64,000 nt of DNA from assembly GCF_030068545.1 (NCBI RefSeq), contig NZ_JASJOR010000010.1, positions 57,395-121,394 of the forward strand. Reading direction: 5' to 3'. The notes under the pieces are model-generated. The model had not been told where the DNA came from. It saw nothing but the letters and a program-made list of their open reading frames with translations, and did not search any database. Shown piece by piece: positions 28,679 to 38,799 of the stretch. Position 1 is the stretch's first letter. Every line of letters begins with the position of its first letter. This DNA is from Xanthocytophaga flava. GTDB taxonomy: Bacteria > Bacteroidota > Bacteroidia > Cytophagales > 172606-1. A program made the position numbers and the translations under genes.

Positions 28679-29572
28679 ATGAAAATTGCATTTATTACTT
28701 ACGAAGGTTCAGTTAAATATACTGCTGCGAATGGCTTTGATGAGATTCAGGATTTGTTACCATTTCTGCAGAGCAAAGGTATTGATATCCAGTATGAAAT
28801 ATGGGACAATCCTGAGGTAGACTGGACAGTATATGATGTTGCATTGCTTCGAATGCCATGGGATTATCATCAGAAGTTTGACGAATTCAAATCCTGGCTT
28901 GACAGAATAGAAAGCCTGGGAATAAAGCTGCTCAATAATTATCAGATAGTACGATGGAACATAGACAAACATTATCTCCAGCAGATAGCAGATGCTGGCT
29001 ATAGTGTCATCCCTTCTGTGTTTTTGGAAAAGGATTGGAATGGCGAAGTTTCCTCATTATTTGATATGTTAAACTCCGGGCAGATTATTGTTAAGCCTTG
29101 TGTAAGCGGAGGGTCACGAAACACAATAAAACTGCAAAAAGAATCCGCACAGGAAGATGCAACAACAATTAGAGAACTCCTTGCTAATGGGGCTTACCTG
29201 GCTCAGCCATTTATGAAAGAGATCAATGAGGGAGAATGGTCATTTACATTCTTCAATGGATCTTATAGTCACACCATACTCAAAAAGCCCAAAGCCGGAG
29301 ATTTCAGAGTACAACAATTTTTTGGTGGCACCATTGAACGAATTGACCCGGAGCAAGCATACATTGATAAAGCTGCATCTTACCTATCAGCCTTTGCCCC
29401 AAAAACACTTTACGCCCGAGTCGATGGGTTAATGGTTGATGGAAAATTCATGTTGATGGAGTTAGAGCTAGTTGAACCTTTCCTATATCTGGCCTATCAT
29501 CCTAACGCCCCAGAAAACTTTTACCAAGCCCTCAAAACCCAAATCGATGAATTACAAAAAGAGCAAAGATAA
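28679..29572 (+). CDS. ATP-grasp-fold protein (RimK/glutathione-synthetase-like), function unknown
   Basis: IIVKPCVSGGSRNTIKL (a P-loop-like ATP-grasp motif) and a C-terminal LMELELVEP. 297 aa. It is transcribed divergently from the Rpn-like gene. Confidence 0.5.
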   Translation: MKIAFITYEGSVKYTAANGFDEIQDLLPFLQSKGIDIQYEIWDNPEVDWTVYDVALLRMPWDYHQKFDEFKSWLDRIESLGIKLLNNYQIVRWNIDKHYLQQIADAGYSVIPSVFLEKDWNGEVSSLFDMLNSGQIIVKPCVSGGSRNTIKLQKESAQEDATTIRELLANGAYLAQPFMKEINEGEWSFTFFNGSYSHTILKKPKAGDFRVQQFFGGTIERIDPEQAYIDKAASYLSAFAPKTLYARVDGLMVDGKFMLMELELVEPFLYLAYHPNAPENFYQALKTQIDELQKEQR

Positions 29573-29606
29573 CTTCAATCGTGTGTGGGAGTGTAGGTGC
29601 GTTGGC
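29553..29606. repeat. 54-bp repeat copy R1 (TACAAAAAGAGCAAAGATAACTTCAATCGTGTGTGGGAGTGTAGGTGCGTTGGC). It overlaps the last 20 nt of the ATP-grasp CDS and is present inverted at 35452-35505.
   Basis: Direct comparison: the reverse complement of 35452-35505 is identical except for one base (G versus C). Weaker similarity continues for about 30 bp more. Confidence 0.7.
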
Positions 29607-30150
29607 CTTCTTTCTGGTGTGAGGTTAGCCTCTTATCCCGTCCTATATCTTTTTTTATTTTGAAGATTTTAAGAAGATCTATATTTTACCCTATCTCCCT
29701 TCCTGTCCTTCTGTAAGAATCTTGTGACAAAGAGAACCATCTCTGGTTTATGAAAATATTATCTCTAAATCCCAAGGCCGCCGGTCTTGCCACGAGATTC
29801 TTCTAGAAGGACATAGAAGTGTTTAGTTATTTACAAAAGTTATTTCTGGAAAAAATATGGGATAGGATAAGGGTTGGTCAATGGGGGAAAGATCGGCAGA
29901 AGATACCCTTTTTTGCTAATGAAGGGATCTAGCTCACCAAATTCTCATTTATTGCCCTGTTTTTTGGCAAGCAAAAAATGAAGAGATTAGTGAAAAAGAG
30001 AAGATCAGGAATTTGAATAACCAAGAAAAGAGAGGTATCCAGAATGCGGTAAGTAGAGTAATAAATAGGGATTTAAAAGAACAATTAAAGCAATCTAAAA
30101 CTACAGAACCTAAACTCTTTAGAAGCGTAGGCTCTGTTATTCTTTTTTGA

Positions 30151-30606
30151 CTATTGTACCAGCAATCGCTTTACAGTTTCAGAAACCACTTTACCATCAG
30201 CCTGACCAGCCAATTCCTTGGTAGCTACTCCCATTACCTTCCCCATATCGGCAGGTCCTTTGGCACCTACACGATTCAGGATATCTTTTACCTTAGCTTC
30301 CAGTTCTTCTGCAGATAACTGTTTTGGCAAATATCTTTCGATAATAGCCAGTTCGGCTAATTCTTTACTGGATAGATCCTCACGTCCCTGTGTTTTGAAA
30401 ATATCGGCAGACTCCCGGCGTTGTTTAGCAGCCTTTGTCAATAACTTTAATTCTTCTTCTGCTTTAAGATCTCCTCCAACAGTTCCTTCTTTGGTCTCTT
30501 CCAGTAAGATCAGGGATTTAATAGAACGTAATGCTGTAAGCGCATCTTTATCTTTGGCAAGCATAGCCTGCTTTATATCATTATCAATCTGTGATTTGAG
30601 AGACAT
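30151..30606 (-). CDS. GatB/YqeY domain-containing protein
   Basis: MSLKSQIDNDIKQAMLAKDKDALTALRSIKS... is a canonical YqeY sequence. Confidence 0.85.
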   Translation of the reverse strand: MSLKSQIDNDIKQAMLAKDKDALTALRSIKSLILLEETKEGTVGGDLKAEEELKLLTKAAKQRRESADIFKTQGREDLSSKELAELAIIERYLPKQLSAEELEAKVKDILNRVGAKGPADMGKVMGVATKELAGQADGKVVSETVKRLLVQ

Positions 30607-31025
30607 AAACTTAGCTGTAAGTTAATAAACATTATTTTTCTGCAAGTATAACAGTTTGACAGTAAAATATCTATCTCCAGACAGTATCTTTTCAGTACCG
30701 ATGATCTTCTGCATTTAGCCAAAAAGCAATTAAACTATTGCATTCAAACCTTCCACATCCAAAATATACTTAATTCCTATCCAATTGCTTACCTATTCCA
30801 TCTGTAAATAACTAATTAACAACATAGTATACCTGAAGCAGAATATACAATTTTATGTCTATAGTTACGATGTCAGTTTCTGAAAAATAAAAACCTGTAA
30901 TTGGGTTACTTTTTTAGAAGATTTACATCAAAAATTAAAAACCTTCACCACATTCAATTTCTATTGAATCTATACTCTCCACAATTGAATCTACACACTC
31001 TATTTTTAACTAAATCAATTATTTC

Positions 31026-32975
31026 ATGAACCTTTTACTAGCTTTCTGGTGGGTGCTTATACCTATCGTTTTGCTGATCTTTTACCGTTTTTTCTTCAGA
31101 ATTTTCGGTGTTGTTATTGTTCCTGAAGACCGTATCGGTCTTGTTACCAAAAAATTTGTATTGACAGGCGAGAATCGCGCCTTACCCGATGGGCGTATCA
31201 TTGCAGTAAACGGCGAAGCTGGCTTTCAGGCACAAACCCTGGCACCAGGTTTACACTTATGGAAATGGATATGGCAATATGAAGTAAAGTTACAACCACT
31301 CACAGTTATTCCTCCCGGAAAGATTGGTCTGCTTATCGCCAAAGATGGAAACGAACTTCCGACAGGTGCTATTCTGGCCCGCCGTGTAGACTGTGATTCT
31401 TTTCAGGATGCAGAAAAATTTATCCGCAATCATGGTCAAAAAGGTCGTCAGACAGCTTATATCACAGCTGGTTCGTATAGAATCAATGCATTTTTGTTTG
31501 AAGTAGAGCTGGCAGACATCACCCACATTAATGAAAACAAGGTAGGTATTGTGACTACCCAGGATGGTATGCCACTGAGAGACGGGCAAATTGCAGGATC
31601 AAATGTGCACGGCCACAATAACTTTCAGGATGCCGATGCCTTTTTGCAAAATGGAGGGAATCGCGGTTTGCAGCCTCAGGTAATTCTGGCAGGTTCCTAT
31701 AACCTGAACCCCTGGTTTGTCCAAATAGAAGAAACCTTTATGACCGAAATCCCTATCGGTAACGTGGGTGTTGTTATCTCGTATTATGGTGAAGATGGCG
31801 CTGATCTTAGTGGAGCGGAATTCAAACATGGCAATATTGTAGGCAAAGGATTTAAAGGTGTTTGGGCTGAGCCACTTGGACCCGGTAAGTATCCTATCAA
31901 CAAATACACCATGCGTGTTGAACTAGTACCTACTACTAACCTGGTATTGAACTGGGCGTCAGCACGTAGTGAGTCACACCAACTGGATAAAAACCTGAGT
32001 ACCATCACTGTTCGTAGTAAAGACGGTTTCCCATTCAACCTGGACGTCTCTCAGATCATTCATATTCCTACGAATGAAGCACCTAAGGTAATTGCCCGTT
32101 TCGGAAACATGAATAACCTGGTAAGCCAGGTGCTGGAACCAACCATTGGTAACTACTTCCGTAACTCGGCTCAGGATGCGGATGTGATCAACTTCTTAAC
32201 TTCACGGAAAGAACGTCAGGATTCAGCCAAACAACACATTGGAAAGGTATTAGCTGAATACAACGTGTTTGGTGTAGACACCCTGATTGGTGACATTGTG
32301 CCGCCTGATTCACTGATGAAAACCTTGACAGACAGAAAGCTGGCAGAAGAGCAGAAGATGACCTTCGAAACACAACGACTGGCTCAGGAAACTCGTCAGA
32401 AGCTGGAAAAAGAAACCTCTATTGCGGATATGCAACGTGAAATTGTAAAAGCCGACCAGGGTGTATTGATTGCCCAACGTATTGCAGATGCATCTGTAAA
32501 GAAAGCTGAAGGGGAAGCTACCAGCGTTAAAATACAGGCAGGTGCGGAAGCCGAACGACTAAAAACCATTGCCAATGCAGATGCTCAAAAGACCAAAGTA
32601 CTGGCGGAAGCAGAGGCAGAAAAAGTGAAGATGCTGGCTAATGCAGAAGCAGAAAAGATCAGTGTAACAGGTGATGCAGAAGCGGCCAAGATCCTGGCTA
32701 TTGGTAAATCATCTGCGGAAGCATATAAACTAGCCGTTGAAGCGATGGGCGGTGACAACTTCACCAAACTGAAGGTAACTGAAGCTATAGGCAGAGATCG
32801 AATCAAGATCATTCCGGATGTACTAATCAACGGAGGTGCAGAAGGTTCTGGCGGTGGACCAATTAGTGGTTTGCTGGGTTTACAGCTACTGGAACAAGTT
32901 CAGAAACAGCAAAACGGAAATGGTAGCCATCACAATGGTAGTCAAAAACCAGAAGATCCAACAACTCAGATCTAA
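31026..32975 (+). CDS. SPFH/band-7 flotillin-like membrane protein (YqiK/flotillin family) with a long coiled-coil C-terminus
   Basis: An N-terminal TM segment is followed by an SPFH domain. The C-terminal AEA/AEK heptad repeats (AEAEAEKVKMLANAEAEKISVTGDAEAAKILA) are typical of flotillins. Confidence 0.7.
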   Translation: MNLLLAFWWVLIPIVLLIFYRFFFRIFGVVIVPEDRIGLVTKKFVLTGENRALPDGRIIAVNGEAGFQAQTLAPGLHLWKWIWQYEVKLQPLTVIPPGKIGLLIAKDGNELPTGAILARRVDCDSFQDAEKFIRNHGQKGRQTAYITAGSYRINAFLFEVELADITHINENKVGIVTTQDGMPLRDGQIAGSNVHGHNNFQDADAFLQNGGNRGLQPQVILAGSYNLNPWFVQIEETFMTEIPIGNVGVVISYYGEDGADLSGAEFKHGNIVGKGFKGVWAEPLGPGKYPINKYTMRVELVPTTNLVLNWASARSESHQLDKNLSTITVRSKDGFPFNLDVSQIIHIPTNEAPKVIARFGNMNNLVSQVLEPTIGNYFRNSAQDADVINFLTSRKERQDSAKQHIGKVLAEYNVFGVDTLIGDIVPPDSLMKTLTDRKLAEEQKMTFETQRLAQETRQKLEKETSIADMQREIVKADQGVLIAQRIADASVKKAEGEATSVKIQAGAEAERLKTIANADAQKTKVLAEAEAEKVKMLANAEAEKISVTGDAEAAKILAIGKSSAEAYKLAVEAMGGDNFTKLKVTEAIGRDRIKIIPDVLINGGAEGSGGGPISGLLGLQLLEQVQKQQNGNGSHHNGSQKPEDPTTQI

Positions 32976-33003
32976 TTCTCTCAACTAGATTAGCAGATGA
33001 TAA

Positions 33004-33040
33004 AAATCCGAAGTCACTCAATGGCTTCGGATTTTTTGTT
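33004..33040 (+). terminator. rho-independent terminator (AAATCCGAAG ... CTTCGGATTT followed by TTTTTT)
   Basis: Read directly after the flotillin stop. Confidence 0.7.
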
Positions 33041-33088
33041 GACTGTAGAGATTCGCGTCCTTTTGTCTGAATGAATGTATATACTTCT

Positions 33089-33350
33089 TCTGACGCTTCT
33101 GACAGATCTGACAGGTCTAAAAAACATTTTATAAAGGGGATAGAGTATTACAACTCTGTAAATACCTGATAAACAGCATGTTTTTTTTATTTAAAAGTTT
33201 TCAAATTAACTTTCGTGTTCAGACTGAAGACACACTGTCTATAATCCTTATTTTGTAAAAAACTGTTAACCAGACAGATAAGTCGATTACATAGTTACTC
33301 CAATTTATAAAATGTTTTTTAGAACTGTCAGATCTGTCAGAAGCGTCAGA
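33089..33350. mobile_element. MITE-like element: 47-bp terminal inverted repeats (one mismatch) flanking a 168-bp AT-rich core
   Basis: Left arm 33089-33135 is TCTGACGCTTCTGACAGATCTGACAGGTCTAAAAAACATTTTATAAA. It is the reverse complement of right arm 33304-33350 apart from one base. No ORF is present. It lies in a convergent intergenic region. Confidence 0.5.
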
Positions 33351-33424
33351 GAATTGATGATACTGGTAGACCATTTGTATTGATGAGCTTCCTTTGCACA
33401 ACCTCAAGGTAAATCTTAAAAAGC

Positions 33425-33856
33425 TTACAGTTCTGCAACCTGGAACCAATATTCTAAAAATGTACGGATCTTGTGTACTGTAAGGTCATAAGTGCCTGGC
33501 TTGAGAATAAATGAATTAGCCCCTAACTGATAGCATTCATCTATGTGTGGATCTGAGGCACTTTCACCCAGCACAATCACAGGGATGGATCGGTACGCTG
33601 GGTTTGACTTCAGCTTTTTCAGTATCTCTAATCCATTCTGTGGTTTTGAATTGTAATCAAGCATAATCAATGCAGGCTGCTCACCAGATTCCAATGCAGA
33701 AAACAACTCGTTACTATAAGTCAGGTAGAGAAACTGTATGTCAACATCCAGTTGTGAAGCAATAGAATCTGTAATCATCCGGTCATCCGGATCATCTTCC
33801 AGCATTAGTATATAGGGCTTCTTTAGTCTCATGGTATCAGGGGTTTGTTCTGTCAA
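33425..33856 (-). CDS. stand-alone response-regulator receiver (CheY-like REC) protein
   Basis: PYILMLEDDPDDRMI...LIMLDYNSKPQNGLEILKKLK...PVIVLGESA are REC motifs. An alternative start lies at MRLKK (33832). Confidence 0.75.
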   Translation of the reverse strand: MTEQTPDTMRLKKPYILMLEDDPDDRMITDSIASQLDVDIQFLYLTYSNELFSALESGEQPALIMLDYNSKPQNGLEILKKLKSNPAYRSIPVIVLGESASDPHIDECYQLGANSFILKPGTYDLTVHKIRTFLEYWFQVAEL

Positions 33857-34033
33857 ACTATCTATTTCTGAAATGCATACCTCCAGGCAGCAAATATATT
33901 TCTACAAATGAATACCCCAAAGATAAGTCATTCGTTTCTCAGAGTACAGACTCCCCTGATAAATTACACAAAAACGGTAAACAATTTGCAATTTCTCACG
34001 TACTTAGTATATTGGTTAGCAAACAATTGTCTT

Positions 34034-34534
34034 ATGACCATTACCAATAAACCCAAATCGTTCTGGCTAACGGTGCTCTTTCTGGCATGGATGATACCTG
34101 CTATGAGTCAGCATGTCCCCGTAATTCAGTTTGATCAGTTAAACAAACGAATACATCAGAACAATGATACTCTCTATGTAGTTAATTTCTGGGCTACCTG
34201 GTGTGGTCCCTGTGTTACCGAGTTGCCCCTATTAGAATCTGTGCATAAAAAGTTTGCCAATCAGAAAGTGAAAGTTTTGCTAGTGAGCCTTGACTTCAAA
34301 AGAGACCTCCAGACCAAAGTAATCCCTTTTGTCCAAAAAAGAAAGTTACGGTCTTCTGTCTATCTGTTAAATGAAACAGACCACAATACCTGGATTGATA
34401 AAATCTCTCCAGAATGGTCTGGTTCTATCCCAGCTACATTATTTATCAAGACATCCCGAAATGTCCGGAAGTTCATGGAAAAAGAAGTGAAAGCCGGAGA
34501 ACTTGAAACCATTATTCAATCATTTCATCTATAA
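34034..34534 (+). CDS. TlpA-like thiol-disulfide oxidoreductase (thioredoxin fold, WATWCGPC)
   Basis: Signal/TM segment FWLTVLFLAWMIPAMSQ followed by VVNFWATWCGPCVTELP. The ORF track start at 33908 is an upstream extension. Confidence 0.7.
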   Translation: MTITNKPKSFWLTVLFLAWMIPAMSQHVPVIQFDQLNKRIHQNNDTLYVVNFWATWCGPCVTELPLLESVHKKFANQKVKVLLVSLDFKRDLQTKVIPFVQKRKLRSSVYLLNETDHNTWIDKISPEWSGSIPATLFIKTSRNVRKFMEKEVKAGELETIIQSFHL

Positions 34535-34555
34535 CACACTAACTAACAACTTTGT

Positions 34556-35179
34556 ATGAAAACAATTTTCAAAACTCAGTTAGCCTTACTGCTACTCCTG
34601 GCAGTAGGCCTTGTCAGTGCCCGCTTTGCTCCTGCTGGCTATAAAGTAGGTGATACAGTACAAGATTTTTCGTTGAAGAATGTAGATGGTAAAATGATCT
34701 CTCTGGCAAGCAATTCTCAGGTTAAGGGTTATATTATCACTTTTACCTGCAATACCTGTCCGGTAGCCAAATTGTATGAAGAACGGATTATTGCATTGGA
34801 TCAGAAATATGCGTCCAAAGGCTATCCTGTACTGGCGATACAGCCCAATGATCCAGGCATATCTCCCGGAGACTCTTATGATTTAATGCAGAAACGCGCC
34901 AAGGACAAGAAATATGCATTCCCTTACCTTGTTGATGAAACACAGGCTATAGCCCAAACCTTTGGTGCTACCAATACCCCACATGTTTTTGTGGTAAAAA
35001 AAGAGGGCGATAAATTTAAAGTAGCCTATATCGGTGCTATTGACAATAACTCCCAGGATGCATCACAAGCCACAAAAAAATATGTAGAAGAGGCAGTGGA
35101 TGAACTGTTACAAGGCAAGGCTGTTACTACTCCATCTGCCAAAGCTATTGGATGTGGTATAAAATGGAAGAAGGCCTAG
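34556..35179 (+). CDS. secreted thioredoxin-fold protein (redoxin-like, CNTC motif), paralogue of the N-domain of the 20483 gene
   Basis: Signal peptide present. FTCNTCPVAKLYEERIIALDQKY...NTPHVFVV parallels [23 protein letters not shown]...ATPHVFIF in the 20483 product. Confidence 0.65.
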   Translation: MKTIFKTQLALLLLLAVGLVSARFAPAGYKVGDTVQDFSLKNVDGKMISLASNSQVKGYIITFTCNTCPVAKLYEERIIALDQKYASKGYPVLAIQPNDPGISPGDSYDLMQKRAKDKKYAFPYLVDETQAIAQTFGATNTPHVFVVKKEGDKFKVAYIGAIDNNSQDASQATKKYVEEAVDELLQGKAVTTPSAKAIGCGIKWKKA

Positions 35180-35198
35180 TATCTACATTTATTAATAA

Positions 35199-35242
35199 AA
35201 GAACAGATCCTATATTATAAACATAGGATCTGTTCTTTTTTA
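35199..35242 (+). terminator. rho-independent terminator (perfect 15-bp stem AAGAACAGATCCTAT/ATAGGATCTGTTCTT followed by TTTTTTATTT)
   Basis: Read directly. Confidence 0.75.
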
Positions 35243-35451
35243 TTTATTTTCAACAACATTTTCTCAAACACTTAACCCTTCTTCTATTTATGGACTCTTC
35301 TTTTTTCTTGTTAGGTTTCCCTTATTAATCCAAAGATTACTCTTCCTACCATGTCACTTTTTTGCTTGTCCAAAAAAGTAACCCAAAAAGGACACTTTTC
35401 TCCGATCCTCCCACCCACAAGGCCAAAGGCCAACCTCGCGGAGAAAAGATT

Positions 35452-35505
35452 GCCAACGCACCTACACTGCCACACACGATTGAAGTTATCTTTGCTCTTT
35501 TTGTA
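35452..35505. repeat. 54-bp repeat copy R2, an inverted copy of 29553-29606
   Basis: See the R1 entry. It lies in the 490-bp non-coding region upstream of the LRR gene. Confidence 0.7.
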
Positions 35506-35729
35506 GCTTACTTTTAAAAAATTTGGGATGACTCGTATTTTTTACTTTTTATTGCTAATAATCTCACTCCTCTTCTACACTAACTAACTCTATTTTTTGC
35601 CTCAATATTACCTCCTTATATTTTCTACCATCTTACTCATTATTTTATCTCACACTTTAGTTACTTGTAAGCACAAGGATATTGACTATACCTCGGTTAA
35701 AATTTTAGACATGTAACGACATCTATACA

Positions 35730-38534
35730 ATGTATTCTATTAAACCCTATTATACTGCAGATCGGGATAAGGCACTTCATGAATATGACAAAGGACTTAT
35801 TACCAAAGCTTCTTCTCAGGATCTGGAGAGTATCTATCCGGAAATTACTCATTTTACCAAGCTGGCTATTTCTGGTTACACAGGCAAGCAGATGCCTCCT
35901 ATTGGCAAACTAGTCAATCTGGAAGAACTGGAAATTAATCGTGCGGAGCAATTACTTACATTACCTGAGGATATTGGACAATTAAAAAATCTCAAAAAAC
36001 TTCAGATCGAATCCAGAGCTGTTTGTGTACTTCCGTTATCTTTTGGCGACCTCTCCAATCTTGAAGAACTTACCCTTAATGGATTCAAGGATGATGGATA
36101 TTTATCAGAAATATTACCTAAGCTCACTTCCCTGAAAAAACTAGGGATCAGTTCCTTTCATGGTGCCTCTCTACCCTCACTGGTATCTGATCTTTCCTCT
36201 CTGCAAGAACTTAAAATCGGTGGATGTAATGAACTTCAGGATCTGTTGATTCTGAAAAGTTTACCCAAGCTTACAAAACTATCCTTGTACGAAAATGTGA
36301 TACTTCCTTCTTTTCCGGACCAGCTCTCATTTTCAAAAAAATTACAGGAATTAGAGATAAATAATCGCCAATCTATTCAATCAATCCCTGACGTCATAGG
36401 TGAACTCACAGAACTTGAGAGTATAGAAGTACGTTCCGGTTCGTGGACTAGTGAAGAATCTGATCCTTTTGGTATATCCCCTGCAATTGGCAAACTACAG
36501 AAGTTAAGAAAACTAAAGCTGAAGCCTGGAACGAAAGAAGCCCTGCCCTTTCCGGAATCAATAGGAAACTTAGCCAATCTGGAAGAACTGAAACTAAATT
36601 GGTATTCAATTGAAAAGCTACCTTCTTCTATAGGTAATCTCAAAAAGCTGAAAACTCTCTATATTAACTTTAGTGATTTAACCGAACTACCTTCTGGAAT
36701 AGGGGGACTCGAATCTCTGGAATTGCTTTATATACATGGTTCCACTACAGACAAGACCAAACTTACCACTTTACCTCCGGAAATCGGAAAACTTAAACAG
36801 CTGAAAACAATTGAAATAGATGACGATCTTACTGATCTTCCAGATACATTGGGTGACTGTGAAAACCTTGAAACACTAAAGCTAATAGCCCCAAAATCTC
36901 TTCAACGTATTCCAGAAAGTATTGGCAGACTAAGTAAACTACAGTCTCTGACTCTTAGTGGTATATTTTCTCAACTTCCGGAAAGCATCGGCAATCTGCA
37001 AAATCTGACAAATTTAGAACTACCCGATAGTCCACAACTTGTAAATCTGCCCTCTACTATTAGCCAGTGTACCAAATTAGGTTCAATAGAAATTTCAAGA
37101 ACTGGCATTCAACGTTTATCAACCGACTTGTACAAACTTACCCGATTATGGAAAGTAAGCACACATGCCACAGACACACAATTTGCTCCCAGACAACTGG
37201 AGCCTGAGATTTTTGACTGGTTTTATCCATTTCGACATCTGGCAGAAAACCAGCATTCGGATATGGACGAGGAAAAGCGCAAAATTTACCTGCATGTGTA
37301 TCTAAATAACTTTTATCAGGAACGGCTGGAAAATCGGCCTCAACAGGTATTTTTTGAAGGGTTTTCAATCAATTATGCCCCTATGCATCAGGCACTAATT
37401 GAAAACATATTTGTGTTTAATGAAAAGTACCAGTCCCTGTCAGACAAACCATTAAAACCAGGAGATGTAGTAGCCATTCTGGGAAATACTTCTTACAAAA
37501 AGACAGATATCAAAAACAAACTGACAGCAGCCAATATTGGGTACAGCAGTTCATTGACTGATAAAGTCACTCATATACTGGTTGGTAGTTCGCCTAAGTT
37601 TCCGGAGAATGGAAATACCCAAAAGAATTATTTTCTGTTTAACGAAAAAGAACTAACTGACTTTCTGAATCAGGTTGAACAACCGTATCTCTTATCCGAA
37701 GAAGGGCGGGCAGATAATTCTACCGAATCTGTACTGAAGCTTTTGCGTAGTCCAGAGTCGCTCAATGAAGCATTAGGAGTACAATTACTTGAATCTACAG
37801 GTGTACCACCTGAAATGATTATAGATCTACTGGTCATTGCCAAAACCTCAGATAATCCAGATACCAGAGCCAAAGCCAGACAGCTTATTAAGAAAAATAC
37901 AACTGATGGAGTTATTCTGCAAGCACTTGCCTACAAGGCAAAGATAATTGATGATACATCCAGGTACAGTTACAATCGTTTTCAGATACACAAGTACCAA
38001 CAAGAATTTCCAGGTCTGGATACAGCCTCTATGGCCTTTCTGGTTTGGCTCAAAAAGGAAAAGGTGATAAAAAATTGTTTTGCTGGGGAATACTTTATGG
38101 AACACTCAGATGCGAATGATCCCCGTCGCCAGCTCTATATCGAACAAACTACTCCTGACTGGCTTGCAAAAACGAATGAACTAGAGCTAAAAGCTGCTCT
38201 CACAACGGAAGAAGCCAATACTTTATTCCAGCAGGTACAACCGACCATCTGGAAAATCACATTGAAAGGCAATCACCTGACTTCATTTCCTGAAGAGATG
38301 CTTCATATAATATCCCTGACGAACCTGACTATCTACCATAGTAAGATACTTGAAATTCCAGAATCCATTGCCCAATTGAAAAATCTGAAACATTTGGTAC
38401 TTTTTCAATATAATTTACACAAACTTCCATTAAGCCTCTCAACCCTCCCATTGGAATCTCTGGAATTAAAAACAAATAGGGTTGAAAATCTTGATATCCT
38501 AAAAGAACGAATGCCATCCTGTCAATTTCGGTAA
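35730..38534 (+). CDS. cytoplasmic leucine-rich-repeat protein with an internal BRCT-like domain (LRR / BRCT-like / helical / LRR)
   Basis: 934 aa with no signal peptide. About 18 N-terminal LRRs (LxxLPxSIGNLxNLxxLxL). A BRCT-like block PGDVVAILGNTSYKKTDIKNKLTAANIGYSSSLTDKVTHILVGSSPK...FLFNEKELTDFL aligns with the DNA-ligase BRCT pattern (G..K...I....GA.V..SVSKKT..LV.G...GSK). A helical region follows, then C-terminal LRRs. Confidence 0.55.
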   Translation: MYSIKPYYTADRDKALHEYDKGLITKASSQDLESIYPEITHFTKLAISGYTGKQMPPIGKLVNLEELEINRAEQLLTLPEDIGQLKNLKKLQIESRAVCVLPLSFGDLSNLEELTLNGFKDDGYLSEILPKLTSLKKLGISSFHGASLPSLVSDLSSLQELKIGGCNELQDLLILKSLPKLTKLSLYENVILPSFPDQLSFSKKLQELEINNRQSIQSIPDVIGELTELESIEVRSGSWTSEESDPFGISPAIGKLQKLRKLKLKPGTKEALPFPESIGNLANLEELKLNWYSIEKLPSSIGNLKKLKTLYINFSDLTELPSGIGGLESLELLYIHGSTTDKTKLTTLPPEIGKLKQLKTIEIDDDLTDLPDTLGDCENLETLKLIAPKSLQRIPESIGRLSKLQSLTLSGIFSQLPESIGNLQNLTNLELPDSPQLVNLPSTISQCTKLGSIEISRTGIQRLSTDLYKLTRLWKVSTHATDTQFAPRQLEPEIFDWFYPFRHLAENQHSDMDEEKRKIYLHVYLNNFYQERLENRPQQVFFEGFSINYAPMHQALIENIFVFNEKYQSLSDKPLKPGDVVAILGNTSYKKTDIKNKLTAANIGYSSSLTDKVTHILVGSSPKFPENGNTQKNYFLFNEKELTDFLNQVEQPYLLSEEGRADNSTESVLKLLRSPESLNEALGVQLLESTGVPPEMIIDLLVIAKTSDNPDTRAKARQLIKKNTTDGVILQALAYKAKIIDDTSRYSYNRFQIHKYQQEFPGLDTASMAFLVWLKKEKVIKNCFAGEYFMEHSDANDPRRQLYIEQTTPDWLAKTNELELKAALTTEEANTLFQQVQPTIWKITLKGNHLTSFPEEMLHIISLTNLTIYHSKILEIPESIAQLKNLKHLVLFQYNLHKLPLSLSTLPLESLELKTNRVENLDILKERMPSCQFR

Positions 38535-38799
38535 GAAAAGAGAAGAAGCCAGACAAAGGTAGAAACAACATATCTGGCTTCTGTTAGAAATATATTTGCT
38601 CAAACTGATTTTTGTCGTTTTAAACAGATAACTTATTCTGTTCTATAAATACCTGTAGGATAATCAGATACAATGAAAGCAGATATCAACATTGATTCTT
38701 GAGATTTAAAACTTCCAAAAAATTTATGGAAAATTTTATAACTCTGAATCGAATATATCTAACACAAAGTCTATCTGATCAGATTATTCTTTTGCATCA

